Shown: positions 1 to 13,344 of the stretch, piece after piece
Position numbering within the stretch: position 1 is the stretch's first letter
Layout: each line of letters begins with the position of its first letter
Assembly (NCBI RefSeq): GCF_009914755.1
Contig: NC_060939.1
Length of the DNA stretch: 64,000 bases
From: the human T2T-CHM13v2.0 reference genome, Homo sapiens
Direction: 5' to 3' (one strand)
Translations under genes and position numbers: made by a program
Notes under the pieces: model-generated
Seen by the model: only the letters and a program-made list of their open reading frames with translations
What the model was told of the DNA's origin: nothing
Database searches by the model: none

Positions 1-835
1 AGCAGTTTTCCCTCCGGCTCAGGATATGTCTAGAAATGTCTTCTGGGAGCTAGGACCTGAACCAGGGGCCTCATGACTCTGACCAGTACCCTATCATGCT
101 GTGGCTGAGCTGATAGCCAAGATGCAAGACAAAATCCTCCCCTGTCTTCCTTCTCCTCTCCTCAAGTGGAAGCAAGGCGACTCTTTCGGAGCCGTGAGCT
201 GTGTAGCCTGAGATTAGGGGAGGGGTGATGCCAGCACTCTCTTAGCTACCCTGACCAGTGTCTCAGTAGGTTGCGTGCCCCCACCCCTCCACTAGCTCTG
301 GGCCTGGTTCAGCCCTAGGACTCACCTAGTCCTTGTGGCCTAGACTACTTTTCCAGTTTATTTAGCACCCCAGAGCACTTTAGCTCACAGTGATGAGGCT
401 TGTACAAACTGAAGTTACAACCACTGAGATCAGCAACTCCCCTTTGACTAGGGCTAATTTAAATGCTACCTCCTTGGGCAGGCAACAGCTGAGTTTGGTC
501 CAGTTTTACTTTCTGCTGTAATAAGGCAGCACTGAGTTCAATGCCTCACAATTGCTGTGCTCTCCCTCTCTCACAACCACACAAAAATGCTCTCTGCATC
601 ATGCCACTGCGGCTGGGGGATGGGAGGGAGTGACATTGGTGATTCAAGATTGTTTTTTCTACTTCTTCAGTGCATCTTTTAGCAGTATAAAGTTAAAAAC
701 AGGTACTGTGAGTGCTCACCTGATTTTTGGTTCTTATGAAGTTACGTTTTTGTACAGATAGTTAAATTCGTGTTTTTGCAGGGAGGACAATTGGTGGAGC
801 CTTCTATTCCACTGTCTTGCTCTGCCCCTTCCTCT
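1..835 (-). mobile_element. LINE-1 5'UTR fragment (L1PB/L1MA-like), continues off the window edge
   Basis: Minus strand starts GGGGCAGAGCAAGACAGTGGAATAGAAGGCTCCACC, resembling the 5' terminus of older primate L1s. Confidence 0.65.
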
Positions 836-1429
836 TCTTGTTTATTTTTATTTGTTAGCAGGCAATAGGTAAATATGAGCTCAAATCATTAATTAGAAAA
901 AAAAAGTCAATCTATGTATTTATATCAGAAATTCTGACTTTGTGACACAATTATGTTCTAACAAAGTACTCTATAATAGTCATCGGGATTGAGTGAAGAA
1001 TACTTGCATTTCACTTGATTTTACTGATTTTATGTGCCAAGATATCTGACAAATAGAAAAAGTGGGAAAGTAAAGCAAGATCATGTAAATGTTTCAGTGA
1101 ACAGGAAACTTAAAAAAACCATGAAGAAAAAATTAAGAATGCATAAATCTAAAAATGAGAAGAATGAGCAGGGCCGACAGTTTTCAGTGCCATGTTACCA
1201 TCTAGTAATTGTATTCTCCATTATAAAGTAGGTATACCCTCTTATTTTATTATGATCCATAACAACTTTATGAAATATGCATGGCTTTAGTGATTAATAA
1301 GATTACTTAGCTAGTAAGTGGACAAACTGAGTAGGATCCAAGTTTCTGATTTTTATGTGTACTTTCCACAAGGCCAGGCAGCCCTGCCGACACCATTTGT
1401 GACTCAAACTTAATGGAGAAGCAAACAAA

Positions 1430-1643
1430 TCTTCCAACTTTTCCTTGTGCTTAATCTCTGACTCTAGCCAAAGAAGGTTCTCTGCTTTTAAGGGCTCATG
1501 TGATTAGATGGGCCCACTTGGATAATTCAAAATTATCTCCATATCATAAAGTTGGTAACCACTTTTGCCATGTAGTGTAACATATTCACAGGGTCCAGGG
1601 TTTAGGGTGTGGACATCTTTGAGGGCTCATTCTGCCTGTCACA
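1430..1643 (-). mobile_element. MLT1 (ERVL-MaLR) LTR fragment
   Basis: Minus strand TGTGACAGGCAGAATGAGCCCTCAAAGATGTCCACACCCTAAACCCTGGACCCTGTGAATATGTTACACTACATGGCAAAAG resembles the MLT1 5' end. Confidence 0.75.
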
Positions 1644-2244
1644 CTGTCATTCTTCTACTTTCTTTTTATTCTACAACTTTTGTAGCATAGTTGGGAATAA
1701 TTCATGGACAATGATGAGATAATTTCTGTGACAGCTAAATATAAAAAATATTTCAAGACACAAAAATAACATCACTAAGATCTCATACTGTATCTTAGAT
1801 TTATTAAAAGGTCCAATGGACCCATATGATAATTATAAAATAAAATATGTGATTTTATTTAAAATAAGTAAAATTACTCATTTTTGGAAGACTTCTAAGA
1901 AAGAATAAGAGTTTTATAAATAGAAATCCTTATAAATAGCTTGAACTTCTTAAAAAAAGGAACTCAAAAACTAAAAGTAGGTCCGATGGAAACTGGTGAT
2001 TTTCCAAAGACTAATCTTACTAAATTTTAGTACTCCCATCTTTGGCTAAAATAAGTTATGCTTTTGGAAAATATATTAAAATATGTCCACACACCTTGTG
2101 AACCAATCAAGTAGTTTGATTGTCTTTATTCAATTTATCTATCAAGTTATTTCACGGTAGAATGAGCAAAGACACATAATTTATTGAATGCATAAGCACT
2201 GACTTACACAGTAAAGCACTTAATCTTTATAAATATGGTATATT

Positions 2245-2390
2245 AATAATAACAATTGCTAATATTTACTGAGCTCTTTTATTGCTTCAGGCTTTCACAT
2301 TCCACTCAATGAAGGTAGGATTATTATGCCTATTTTACAGACGAGAAATCTGAAAATTAGTGAGATCAAGTAACTAGAACAGGTCACAAA
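2245..2390 (-). mobile_element. MIR SINE fragment
   Basis: MIR core-like AGGTAGGATTATTATGCCTATTTTACAGACGAGAAATCTGA...AAGTAACT...GGTCACA. Confidence 0.65.
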
Positions 2391-3562
2391 AGAGTATCTG
2401 ACTTCTTTACCCCCTTAGATGGACCCGATAGAGTACAGTGCCAAAGAAGGAACAGCTGTCCCTTTGTTGTCATGTTTCTGCCTCTGCTCCAGGCAAGACC
2501 AAATTTCTATCCAAGCTCTCCCCATAATGGAAAAGGGGCAGAGGGAACAATCCTGGCTCTTCTTTCTGCCTGTTACTAAAATATGTCATGCATAGGGGGC
2601 AGCTAATTTGCTTTGTTAAAGCATGCCAGTCATTGGGCCATGTGTCTTGTTATGAGTCATGGTGACTGACATCATCATGTGTTGAAGTTTCATGCTTACA
2701 TGGGGTATGTCCTCTTGCCCTGCCTTCCACTGTTTTGACAGTGCTAAGAGTAACAAGCTCTTGCAAAGCAAGCCAGTCATTTTCTCTCTCTTTCCACATG
2801 GCAGCCAGGTACAGGCTTGGACACAGGCTATGGAGTCTAGGCTAGCTTGCTGTTAAGCACTGGAGAAACTCTGTTTCTTGCTGTGTAGCTGCTACTCCTT
2901 TGTTGACACTTATGGGTATACTTTGGATTAGCCTTTCTTCAGACTGCAGTGATTACAATCTTATATAATGAGTGCTTGGGGAGGTAGGCACAAAATGATC
3001 AGAGAAGAAAGATCTCAGATCTCACTGAAGCTTCCTAAGACCAAAGACACAAATTCAGCTTTTACCCAAGAATATCAGGCACCTTCCTAGTTTTTAAATA
3101 ACATTTGTCCCTGGTTCTCTTCTAGTTTTTCATTTTCTTTACATCAACTTCCTCAGCAAAGAAGCCAGGGGAATAAGCAGTGACTCCTACCTAAATATAT
3201 TTCTACCTTTTAAGCCATACCATTTCCCACCACATTGAGTTTTCAGTACACATACAACATCTCTTGCTACATGGAAGCATCTTTCAGTTTTCTCAACAAG
3301 CCCAGTCCAGCAGAACCCTCTCACATCAGAACTTCCAATACTGTGTCATCTTAATTACCTCCATAGACCACTTTGATCAACATTACCATCTTATCTATGC
3401 TAGTGTTCCCTAATTTTTTTCCATCTGCAATGGATGTTACCAGGTGTCATTCATGCCAAAGAAATGTTTGCTATCAGATAAGCTTACACTATGACATGAT
3501 GGTAAATAGAGTAGACAGAGATGTCAGTCACCTCCTCTACACTCCAATTCTCATATTTTCAT

Positions 3563-3694
3563 TTTTTTCTTCTTCTTTAGAGACAGGGTCTCTCTATGTT
3601 GCCCAGGCTGGTTTTAAACTCCTGGGATCAAGCAATCCTCCTGTCCTGGCCTCCCAAAGTGCTAGGATAACAGGTGGAAGCCACCATGCCTGGC
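3563..3694 (-). mobile_element. Alu monomer (FLAM/AluJ left arm)
   Basis: T-tract + GAGACAGGGTCT...GCCTCCCAAAGTGCTAGGAT...CCACCATGCCTGGC, ~130 bp. Confidence 0.85.
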
Positions 3695-4106
3695 TTCAAA
3701 TTCCCATCTTTGAAAACCGATCTTGCCCACTACCCTGAAAAGTCTCACTTTCCACAAGGCCTATCAAGGGGAGACTTTGATCCATGCTGGGTATCTGCTG
3801 TCTCTGGATTACCTAAAACAGTGAGAGGCTAGGCCAGTTAAACTATGATAGGAGATGGAACTAAAAGACAGCATATATACTGGGATGGAGTTGTTCCTTT
3901 CCAAAACAAACTAAAATTCAGTCAAGATGAGCAGAGTAAATAGAAAAAGCCTGTCTGCGCGAGGAACAGGAGAAGACAACAGACCAGCAACGTGGAAAAG
4001 ACATCTCCACCAGAGATGGAAGGAAGAGCTTGTTTTTCACTTTTCTGTCCAGTCTTAGGTACAGCTTGGGTTTTTTGTAATATTGCCTTTTACATCTTCT
4101 CAATCC

Positions 4107-4288
4107 TTTTTTTTTTTTTTGAAGACTCTGTCTCAAAAAAAAATTAGCCACTACGCCTGGCTAATTTTTTGTATATTTAGTAGAGATGGGGTTTCACCGT
4201 GTTAGCCAGGATGGTCTCAATCTGACCTCATGATCCACCCACCTCGACCTCCCAAAGTGCTGGGATTACAGGCATGAGCCACCACACC
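4107..4288 (-). mobile_element. Rearranged Alu (AluY/S left arm, right arm lost)
   Basis: Left arm with CACCGTGTTAGCCAGGATGGTCTC; poly-T tail; flanking CAATCCTTTTTT duplication at 4101-4112 and 4289-4300. Confidence 0.85.
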
Positions 4289-4951
4289 CAATCCTTTTTT
4301 ATTTGGACTAACTTAAATGACAACAAAGTCAAAACAACCAAACTGTCACCTAAGTTACTGTAGCTCTGCCAAATACAGATCTATATTGCTGTGCCAAATA
4401 CAAAAAAATCAAGAAGTCTCCCCACTACAAGGTTTCTCACAGCCTTTATATGATGGTGTGGTTTCTTTATTGCCAATGGTTGAGGAACAGAATTATGGAC
4501 TTATGGGACCTTTCTATTCCCAGACATAGAGCTCATAGTGAGAAATACTGACCTAACTTAACTAGCCAATTCATCCTCAGTCTATGCTTATACATTAACG
4601 ACAGAGTGCATGTATTGGGATTTCAATTTAAAATGTCATAAAGCTGAGAATTCCTGACCACAGTCTATCACTAATATACCTATGAATACCCAAAAACATT
4701 ACTAAAATAATGTTTAATAAAACATTAATCTTACTAAAATGTTGAAAAATAAGATTGACAATAGTGTCAGATCTCCAAGAACTTTATGTTCAAACTATAG
4801 TGAAAGGGGAATTGAAAACTGTAAAATGTGCTAGTCTTGTTAAGATGCTGTCTGCCAGTCCTACTGAAAGTATTTAGAAAGTATTCTCTTAGATGTGCTA
4901 CAGAAAACCCAACTCATGTGTCTATATATCAATAGAATAATAGATGGCTGT

Positions 4952-5334
4952 TGATACGGTTTAGATTTGTGTCCCTACCCAAATCTCATGTTGAATTATA
5001 ATCCCCAATAGTGGAAGAAGAGCCTGGTGGGAGGTGATTGGATCATGGGGGCAGAATTCCCCCTTGCTGTCCTCATGATAGTGAGTAGTTCTCATGAGAG
5101 CTGATTGTTTAAAAGTGTGTCTCACCTCCCCTTTTTCTCTTTTCCTCCTGCTCTAGTTACGTAAGATGAGCCTGCTTCCCCTTTGCCTTCCACAGTGATT
5201 GTATGTTTCCTGAGGCCTCCCCAGCCATGCTTCCTACACAGCCTGAAGAACAGAGAGCCAATTAAACCTCTTTTCTTTATAAATTACCCAGTCTCAGGTA
5301 GTTCTTTACAGAGGTGCAAGAACAGACTAATACA
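4952..5334 (+). mobile_element. MSTA-like MaLR solo LTR
   Basis: TGATACGGTTTAGATTTGTGTCC...CAGACTAATACA; TG..CA ends; perfect 5-bp TSD GCTGT (4947-4951, 5335-5339). Confidence 0.9.
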
Positions 5335-6331
5335 GCTGTCCATTTGATCATAAAATATCTCTCTTTTTTTTTTTTTTTTTTGGCCAGGAAAGTATTCTCA
5401 TCCTTCCACCACCTGCATTATTCAGAGGTTGGGGAGAAGTGAGAGTGCATTATACTCCAGAAAATATAATCTTCACAAATACGATTCCTGTAGGAAGGGT
5501 GAAGGTGAGGAGAGTGCTAGAGGCAATATATTGTGTATCGTTCTATTCAGAATAACTGAGAGCAAATATAATGCTGACCAGAACTGTGTGAAAAGAAACC
5601 TTGCTAAACACTAGGAATCAAGCAAGATGTTGTCTAATTTGTCCTCCTCCTGGTACATCCGATGTGGGTTAGACCAGTATACAAACAGACAAAGAGCCCT
5701 TAAGGAAGTCTAAAAACCCCTGTTGGCAAACACTGAGTTTGAGGTTTATTAGAAGAAAACAAGGAAAGGGACAGCCAAGAAGACTCATCCTGGAGACTCC
5801 CTCATCCTTGAGGGGCCATAAGAGTGTGCACAGGCACTATCTTGTACCCACTCTGGAAAATCAAAGCACAGTGTGGTAATGGCTTAAAAAAATCACCTCA
5901 AGCCATTCACAGATCCCTCAACAAAAAAAACTTTGAGCCCTAAAGTTTCCAGGAGCTTAAAAACAACCTGTGACCAGACACTGGCAGAAAAATAAGCTCC
6001 TTAGACCTGGGGCAGCTCATGGGAAGACAAGCTTAAAATGAAATCTCACTCATCCCTGGTCATCAGAACAACTGTGCACAGACCTAAGGCTGTGCTCTGC
6101 TGCGTGTCACTGGAGACGTAGCCTCAGAACGTGTCTCTGGATGATCACTGAGGTAGGAGAAGACAAAAACTGTAAATTTCCCAAGCAGAGAAAGCAGCCT
6201 CCAAGCTGCACTTATTACCAACAGCAATGGGTGAAAATGTAATGGATTAAGGGGAGTTAAGCGCAACTTTTGACCAAAATGTAGTCAATGCACACTCCAA
6301 GTATGACCCTTAGAAAGTCAGGCTAAAAATA

Positions 6332-6490
6332 CAAGTGTGATGGTGCATGGCTGTGTCCCAGCTACTCAGGAGGCTGAGGCAGGGGAATTGCTTGAATCAG
6401 GCAGGTAGAGGTTGCAGTGAGCAGAGATTCTGCCACTGCACTATAACTTGGGTGACAGAGTAAGACTCTGTGCTAAGAAAAGAAAAAAAA
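6332..6490 (+). mobile_element. 5'-truncated Alu (right arm)
   Basis: CCCAGCTACTCAGGAGGCTGAGGCAGG...A-rich tail; flanked by AAAG(T/C)CAGGCTAAAAATA on both sides. Confidence 0.85.
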
Positions 6491-6499
6491 AGCCAGGCT

Positions 6500-8545
6500 A
6501 AAAATAAAGAGAAAATCCTGAGCAATGACATCAGATTTGCTGCATACTGTGCAGACATCAAAGAGTTAGTCCAACCAAATCAGTAAACACAGTGATTGAA
6601 CAACAAAACCTAAAAACCCCAGAAGGAAGGTGTATGTCCTTATCCAAATTGCTACAATATATTATGTAAAATTTCCAGTTTTTAACCAAAAAGTATGAGA
6701 CATGCAAAGAACTAGGAAAGTGTAGGCCATTCATAGGAAATAAAATAGCCACTAGAAATTACAGTAAAGTTCTGAATACTTTCCCCCTAATGTAGGAAAC
6801 ACAATTACCAATATCTTACCAGGGGCAAGATATTGAATTTAATACAGAAAGACCTGAAAACAACTAAAGAAAATTATATTTATAAAGTCACATATAGATA
6901 TGAGAACAATAATTCAACAAATAATGTCAATAAAGATATAAAAATTCTAAAAATAACCAAACATAAATTCTGGGATCGAAAAATACAATAACTAAGATAT
7001 AAATTTTACTAGAAGGGCTCAACAGTAGATTTAAGTTGACAAAAAAGTCACTACTGACCTTATGGAAATATAAAGAATTATAAGGGAGTAATATGAATGA
7101 CTGTATGCTGCAAAGTAGATAACAGAGATAAAATGAAAAAATCCTAGAAAGATCAAATTACTGAAACTGACTTAAGAAGAAATGTAAAATATAAATAGAC
7201 CAATGAACAAGCAAATAAATAGAATACTTTTAAAACTTCTCATTAAAAAAAGCTCAGATGCAGATGACTTTGGTGGTGAATGCTACAAAGCATTTAAAGA
7301 ACACCAACCCTTTACTAACTTTTCCAGAAAATAAAGGAAAGGAAACACTTTCCTACTTGTTCTTTGAGATCAGTATTATCATAATAGCAAAACCAAAAAT
7401 ATATATATTTTAAAAACTATAAACCCACATCTTTTAGGACTATAGATGCAAAAAATCCTCAACAAAATACTAGCAAACCAAATCTGGTAACATATAAAAA
7501 GAGATATACAACATGACAAAGTAGGATTTACCAAGGAACAGAAGATTGGTTTCACATCCAAAATCAATGTACTATACGCCTCATAAAGGACAAAAAAAAT
7601 GATTATTTAAATAGATGAACAAAAATAATTAGACTACATCCAACACTCTTTCATGATTAAAACCTACCCTATGAACTAGGACTAGAGGGGAATCTAAACC
7701 CAACGAACAGTATCAGTGAAAAGCCTACAGCTAACATCATACTAAACAGTAAAGTTCTGAATGCTTTCCCCCAATGGAGGAAACACAACAAGGATATCTC
7801 TTTCCTCTTCCATTCAATACTGTACTGGAGGTTTTAATAAGATCAACTGGGTAAAAAATAAATAAATAAAAGGAATTTAGCAAGAAAGAAGTAATTTTTT
7901 TTTAATCGAGATGGAGTCTCACTCTGACGCTCAGACTGGCGTGCAGTGGCACTATCTCAGCTCACTGCAACTCTGCCTCCTGGGTTCAAGTGATTCTCCT
8001 GCCTCAGCCTCCCAAGGAGCTGAGATTACAGGTGTCTACCACCACACCTGGCTAATTTTTGTATTTTTAGCAGAGATGAGGTTTCACCATGTTGGCCAGG
8101 CTGGTCTTGAACTCCTGACCAGGTGATCTGCCCACCCTGACCTCCAAAGTGCTGGGATTACAGGTGTGAGGCACCTCAACCAGCCTAAATTTTTCTTTAT
8201 TCATAGATTAAATAATCTTGTGTAGAGAAAAATCCCAGCGAATACACATGTTGATCCAGGCATTCATATGGAAATGCAAGGAACACAGAACAGCCAAAAC
8301 AGTCATCAAAAAGTTAATGGATTCACACATTCTGATTTCAAAATTTACTATAAAATGTAGCAATCAAGCCAATTTCTACAGATTAATGAAACAGAATTGA
8401 GAGTTCAGAAATAACCTCTTAACATTTATGGCTAACTGCTTTTCAACAAAGAGGCCAAGGCAACTCAAAGGGAGAAAAAATAGTCTTTCTGACAAACGTT
8501 TCTGTGACAACTGAATATAGTTATGGAAAAGAATGAGCCTAAGAA
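6500..8545 (+). mobile_element. Old LINE-1 (L1M) ORF1/ORF2 remnants with large internal deletions
   Basis: A-rich degenerate L1 ORF2 sequence (e.g. ATAGATGCAAAAAATCCTCAACAAAATACTAGCAAAC); interrupted by an Alu. Confidence 0.75.
7895..8185 (-). mobile_element. AluS
   Basis: Full dimeric Alu, reverse orientation. Confidence 0.92.
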
Positions 8546-8554
8546 GAATGAGTA

Positions 8555-9013
8555 ATCCAGTTTTGTTGGGTAGAGTATTTTATAAATATCAGTTGATTAA
8601 GTTGATTGTTAGTGCTTTTCAGGTCATCTTTACTGATTTTCTACCTGCTGGATGTATCAAATTACTGAGAGAGGTATACTAAAGTTTCCAACTATTATAG
8701 TGGATTTATGTATGTCTCCTTTTAGTTCTATCAATTTCACCTCATATATTTTATTGCTCTGTTATCAGGTGCATACACAGGATTGCTTTGTATTCTTGAA
8801 GTACTGACCATTTTAAATTAGACAGTAACTTTCTTTACTATTGATGAGTTTCGTTGTTCTAAAGGGTATTTTTTTCTGAAATATAGATATTCCAGTCTTC
8901 TTTTGATTAGAGTTAGTATAGTATACCTTTATTCGTTCCTTTGTTTTTAACCTAGCTGTCTTTATATTGGAAGTGAGTTTCTTGTAGACAACATACAGCT
9001 GGGTCTTGGACTT

Positions 9014-9050
<37 letters not shown>

Positions 9051-11850
9051 CATACACACACAAATACATATATACACAAATATGTATATATATACACAAA
9101 TATGTATATATATACAAATATGTATATATACACACAAATATGTATATATACACAAATATGTATATATATACACAAATATGTATATACACACAAATATATA
9201 TACTGTTTTAATTGCTGTATTTAGACCATTCACATTTTAAGCACTTATTTATGTGAACGAATTAAATTCTACCATGCTTCTAATTGTTCTCTACTCACTG
9301 AATTTATTTTTTCCCTTTTTCTGCCTTCTCTGATTTAACTGAGCATTTCATATGATTTCATCAGAATAATTCATTGTGCTTCATTTAAAAATAATTGTTG
9401 CTCTAGAGTTTACAGTATACATTTTAACTAATTTAAGTCTAGCTTTAAATAACATAAGATACTTGCATGACATACTTTAAATAACATAAGATACCTGCAA
9501 CTACTTCTTGTGTAATGCAAGTATCTTATGGAAGATTATTCCCAATTCTTCTCATTCCTTGTGACATTGCTGTCATTCATTCATCCAAATGCTACACTCA
9601 CTCAATGTGTTGTACTATTTAACAGTTATCTTTTAGATAATAGAAAACTTGAAAACTATTTGATTTACATTTATTCTACCTATGACATACTTCCTTTATT
9701 TACACAGATCTAAATTTATGACTTATTTTCTTCTACATGGAGAAATTTTAACATTTATTACAGAGGAGGTCTGCTGGTGATGAATTCCCTTAGGTTTTGT
9801 ATTAAAAAAGCCTGTTTCTCCTTCACTTCTGAAGAACCATTTCTCTGGATATAGTTATAAATTGGTCTTTTTATTCCTTCAATATCAAGTTTCACTCCAC
9901 TTTCCTCTTGTTTGCTTGGTTTCTGATGATACATTTGTTGTAATTCTAATTCTTGTTCTTCTATATGTAAGTGATTTTTTTTCCCCGTGGCATCTTTCAA
10001 GACTTTTCTCTTTGCTTTTCTCTGGTTTTCATATGACAATATTCCCTGGTGTGGTTTTCCTAAGGTATTTGTCCTGGCTGGTATTCTCAGAGCTCTCTAG
10101 CACTGTGATTTGGTTTCTGTCATTAATTTTAGAAAGTTTTCAGCCATTATTAAATATTTCCTCTACTGCATTCTCTATTTTTCTCTTTACGGATTCCAAT
10201 TATGTATGTGTTGCACCTCTTAAATTTTTCACACAGTTCTTGGATGGTCTATGGTGGGATTCTTTTCTTCATTTTTTTTTTCTCTTTGCTTTTCAGTTTA
10301 GGAAGTTACTGTTGACTAATTATCAAGCTCATTGATTCTATCCTCGGCTGTGTCCAGTGTACTGATGGGCCCATCAAAAGCATTCTTTATTTCTCTTAGT
10401 GTGTTTTGATTTCTAGCATTTACTTTCATCTGTGCTTTCATTATGCATCCATTCTGGCATGGTGTCTACTTTTTCCATTACAACCTTTATATGTTAATTA
10501 TTATTTGAAGTTCCTGCCTGATAATCCCAACATCTGTGTCATATCTGAGTCTGGTTTTGATGATGGCCATTTTAAAAATCTTTTTGCATGCCTTAAATTT
10601 TTTTTTTTTTTTTGAGGGAGCTGAACATGTATCACGTGCTAGAAACTAAAGTAAATCAGCTTTTAGTGTAAATATTTATGTTACCTGGGCTAGGAGTTGG
10701 GCTATGTTTAATGTTTGTGTACCTATAGGACACAGTTGCTCAAGTATCCTTGTTTTTTGTTATTTTATTTCTTTCTCAAGTAATCTGTCTTTTATTGGTA
10801 ATGCCATTCAGACACATTTTCCTTTTGCTAAACAATTGAAAATCGATTACAGAAATCATATTTTACCTCTAAATATTTCAGTATGACATAAATCTTCTCA
10901 AACAGAAGTATCTGCTACACCTAAAAAAAACAACATTAATTCAATATTGTTCATACACAGATTGCCCCAATCATTCCTCAAATGTCCATAACAGTTTTTG
11001 TCTTTCCTATTGACTTTAGACTTTCCTAAGTATTCTTCCTATAAAGAGTGTGTCTTGCAGATCTTTCAGCTATCACCCACTGTTATTATACTGGAGCACT
11101 TTTGGTGTGGTGGTAGGGAATGAACAGGGAAAGGATTCTATAATTTTACGATTAAATCTCAGTCTTTTAGGGAGACTGTCTCTGGGCTGTGACTTTCCCA
11201 AGTGTTTCTCTAGTGCTACAGCTTTTCCCCCCTGGGTTACTTCCCTTCCTGGCTGCAGTGTTCACCATCTATATTTTTCTTTGTAGTGTTGACTATAGTT
11301 CCACCTTTCCCTGCTCCAACCTGCAGGTGAAACAGGAGAGCTAGGGGCATCTGAATTGGGAGAAATGCCTTTCTCCTGGCATTTCTTTCCTCTGGCTTAT
11401 CACTGCTTCTCTCTGGAGAGCAAGTGTCATGGAGAAGGATCTGCAAATATAACCCAGTGACTCCTCTTCCCCTTTCCATGACAAAGCCATGAGAGGGTCT
11501 TTCTCAGATCGTCACCATACCTGGCAGGATTCCTATGGTGGTTCCTCTAAGACTACATTCCCCAGAGTTTCTCATTATTGGGCTGGTCCATACTCAGTCT
11601 TATTCAATGTATCAAAATTACCACTTAAGTGTCCATACCAGTTTATGGCTCCAGTGGCTTCTGCTTTAGGTAAGAAGATCATTGTTGTGACTCTGTATTC
11701 ACCTGACTCTCCACATTGTGGAATTGTAGTTTGACTTGTGATCTCAGTTTTCTGATATTTGCAGGACATGTCACTGGATTTCCGTTTGTCAGCTTTTTCT
11801 TAAGTATGTGAGTTACAACTTCCAAGCTCTTTGCATAAAACTGGAAATCC
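8555..11850 (-). mobile_element. Old LINE-1 (L1MC/L1M4-like) 5' half: 5'UTR, ORF1 and endonuclease remnants
   Basis: Minus-strand translation [13 protein letters not shown] (L1 EN motif) near 9000; ORF1 C-terminal-like LREFITSRPPL near 9760; L1M-type 5' end near 11850. Confidence 0.75.
9016..9201. repeat. (TA)n microsatellite grading into ~18-22 bp ACACAAATATGTATATAT units
   Basis: Directly visible. Confidence 0.95.
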
Positions 11851-13344
11851 CAGAGTGGTCTAGTTCATCAAATGCTGGCTTGAGAATGAAAGGCTGAGGC
11901 TCAGTTCTTGCCTATGCCGATGTGGGATTCTGGACAGACAACATCAAGCAGTTTTGCTTTGTCAGAGCACAGCCCATGAGGCAGGAATACTAAGGTAGGT
12001 GAGTCTAACTGTGCATATTAATCAAAACATATAAAATCACACTTCAAAAAGTAGGCAATAATTTACATTATAGAAGGTTATAATAATTCATTACATGGCT
12101 AAAATCCTAGTTTTTTTTTTAACTGGGTGTTCTTATATTGTATTAAGGAGATAAAAATCCAATAAAAGAAACTTATAATTTCACACTTATTAATTCAAGT
12201 TGAAACAGAAAGGAAGACAAATTACTACTAAAGCACTGCAAGGTCTAGGCAAATAAAAGAGGTTACAAGATGCTCAAATCCTTAGGATTCGAAGAGATGG
12301 GAGATTCTGTAATAACAGAACTAGGATAACTCCACACAACAAGATTGGAAATTGTTCCAGTATGAATTTGAGTTGAATTTCAAATTTCACGTAATTGCCC
12401 CATTATTAGTTTTCTTTTTCCAGCATGGGGCAGATGAGGAAGTGTTTAATGAACTCAGTTTTGTTATACCTCAGATTAGATTTACCCAAGAATAAGAACC
12501 ATGTGATTAATTCCATTGGCAAACTACTTGAAGTACAGGGAATGTTGACAATATTTTAACTTCAAATTAGATTGTGGAAAGTTCACCTAACTGGACATGG
12601 TTCTTTTACCTAGTTGGAAATCTAACAGGGAACCTCTGAAACACTGAGAACACAGTAGAGAAAGAATAATAGTTTTGTTAAAACCACTTTACAAATGGAG
12701 GTCTCTTCATATTTGTCTTTCTAAGTTATTTGCACCCAGCAAAGGGTTTTTCCTTATATTGCTATTGTTACAAAGCTGCTATTCAGAAGAGAAGTCATTG
12801 AGCTTTTATTATCAACGTTCACCACTAGGAAAAAAAAAGGAAAGAAAATTGATATGGGTAGGGCTTGGGTAACCTTATTTTTTTCCTTTTATGAGATTTG
12901 AATTTCTGTACTTATCCTAAAGAATAAAAAAAAAGGGGGGGGGGGTGGGGAGCTAAATAAAGTCATCTTCTAATGCAACTAAATTAAATTACTTCTAATT
13001 CAATAAAATTAGAATATCAAAAGATGAAAACTGAAAATTTGTTCGTGTGACCTTTCATGATATTTAGGCATCTGGCTTCTTAGATCAAGTAATCAACACA
13101 CTAATTAAAATTACATTTTTTTCGAATGTCAAAACTGTCATCTGCATTTCAATGTTATAATTGTATAAGATTAAAAGAAAAAGGTTGCACATCAATGAAA
13201 TCACATTATAAATGTATCTCAATGACTATGTAGTGGAGACAAAGACCTTGCAATCCAGGATACGTGGGTAAATTTGAGGACAGCTCCAATTTACACATAC
13301 AATGATCTACGTCACTGCATTGAAAGCACCTGGCCAGCCTGCAC

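Noticed and set aside
8813-9233. Y/I/C/V-rich ORFs (also 52384-52767 and 45905-46219)
   Set aside because: Translations of TA/CA microsatellites that happen to lack stop codons
12925-12950. A-tract followed by G-tract as a possible G-quadruplex element
   Set aside because: Simple homopolymer with no functional context
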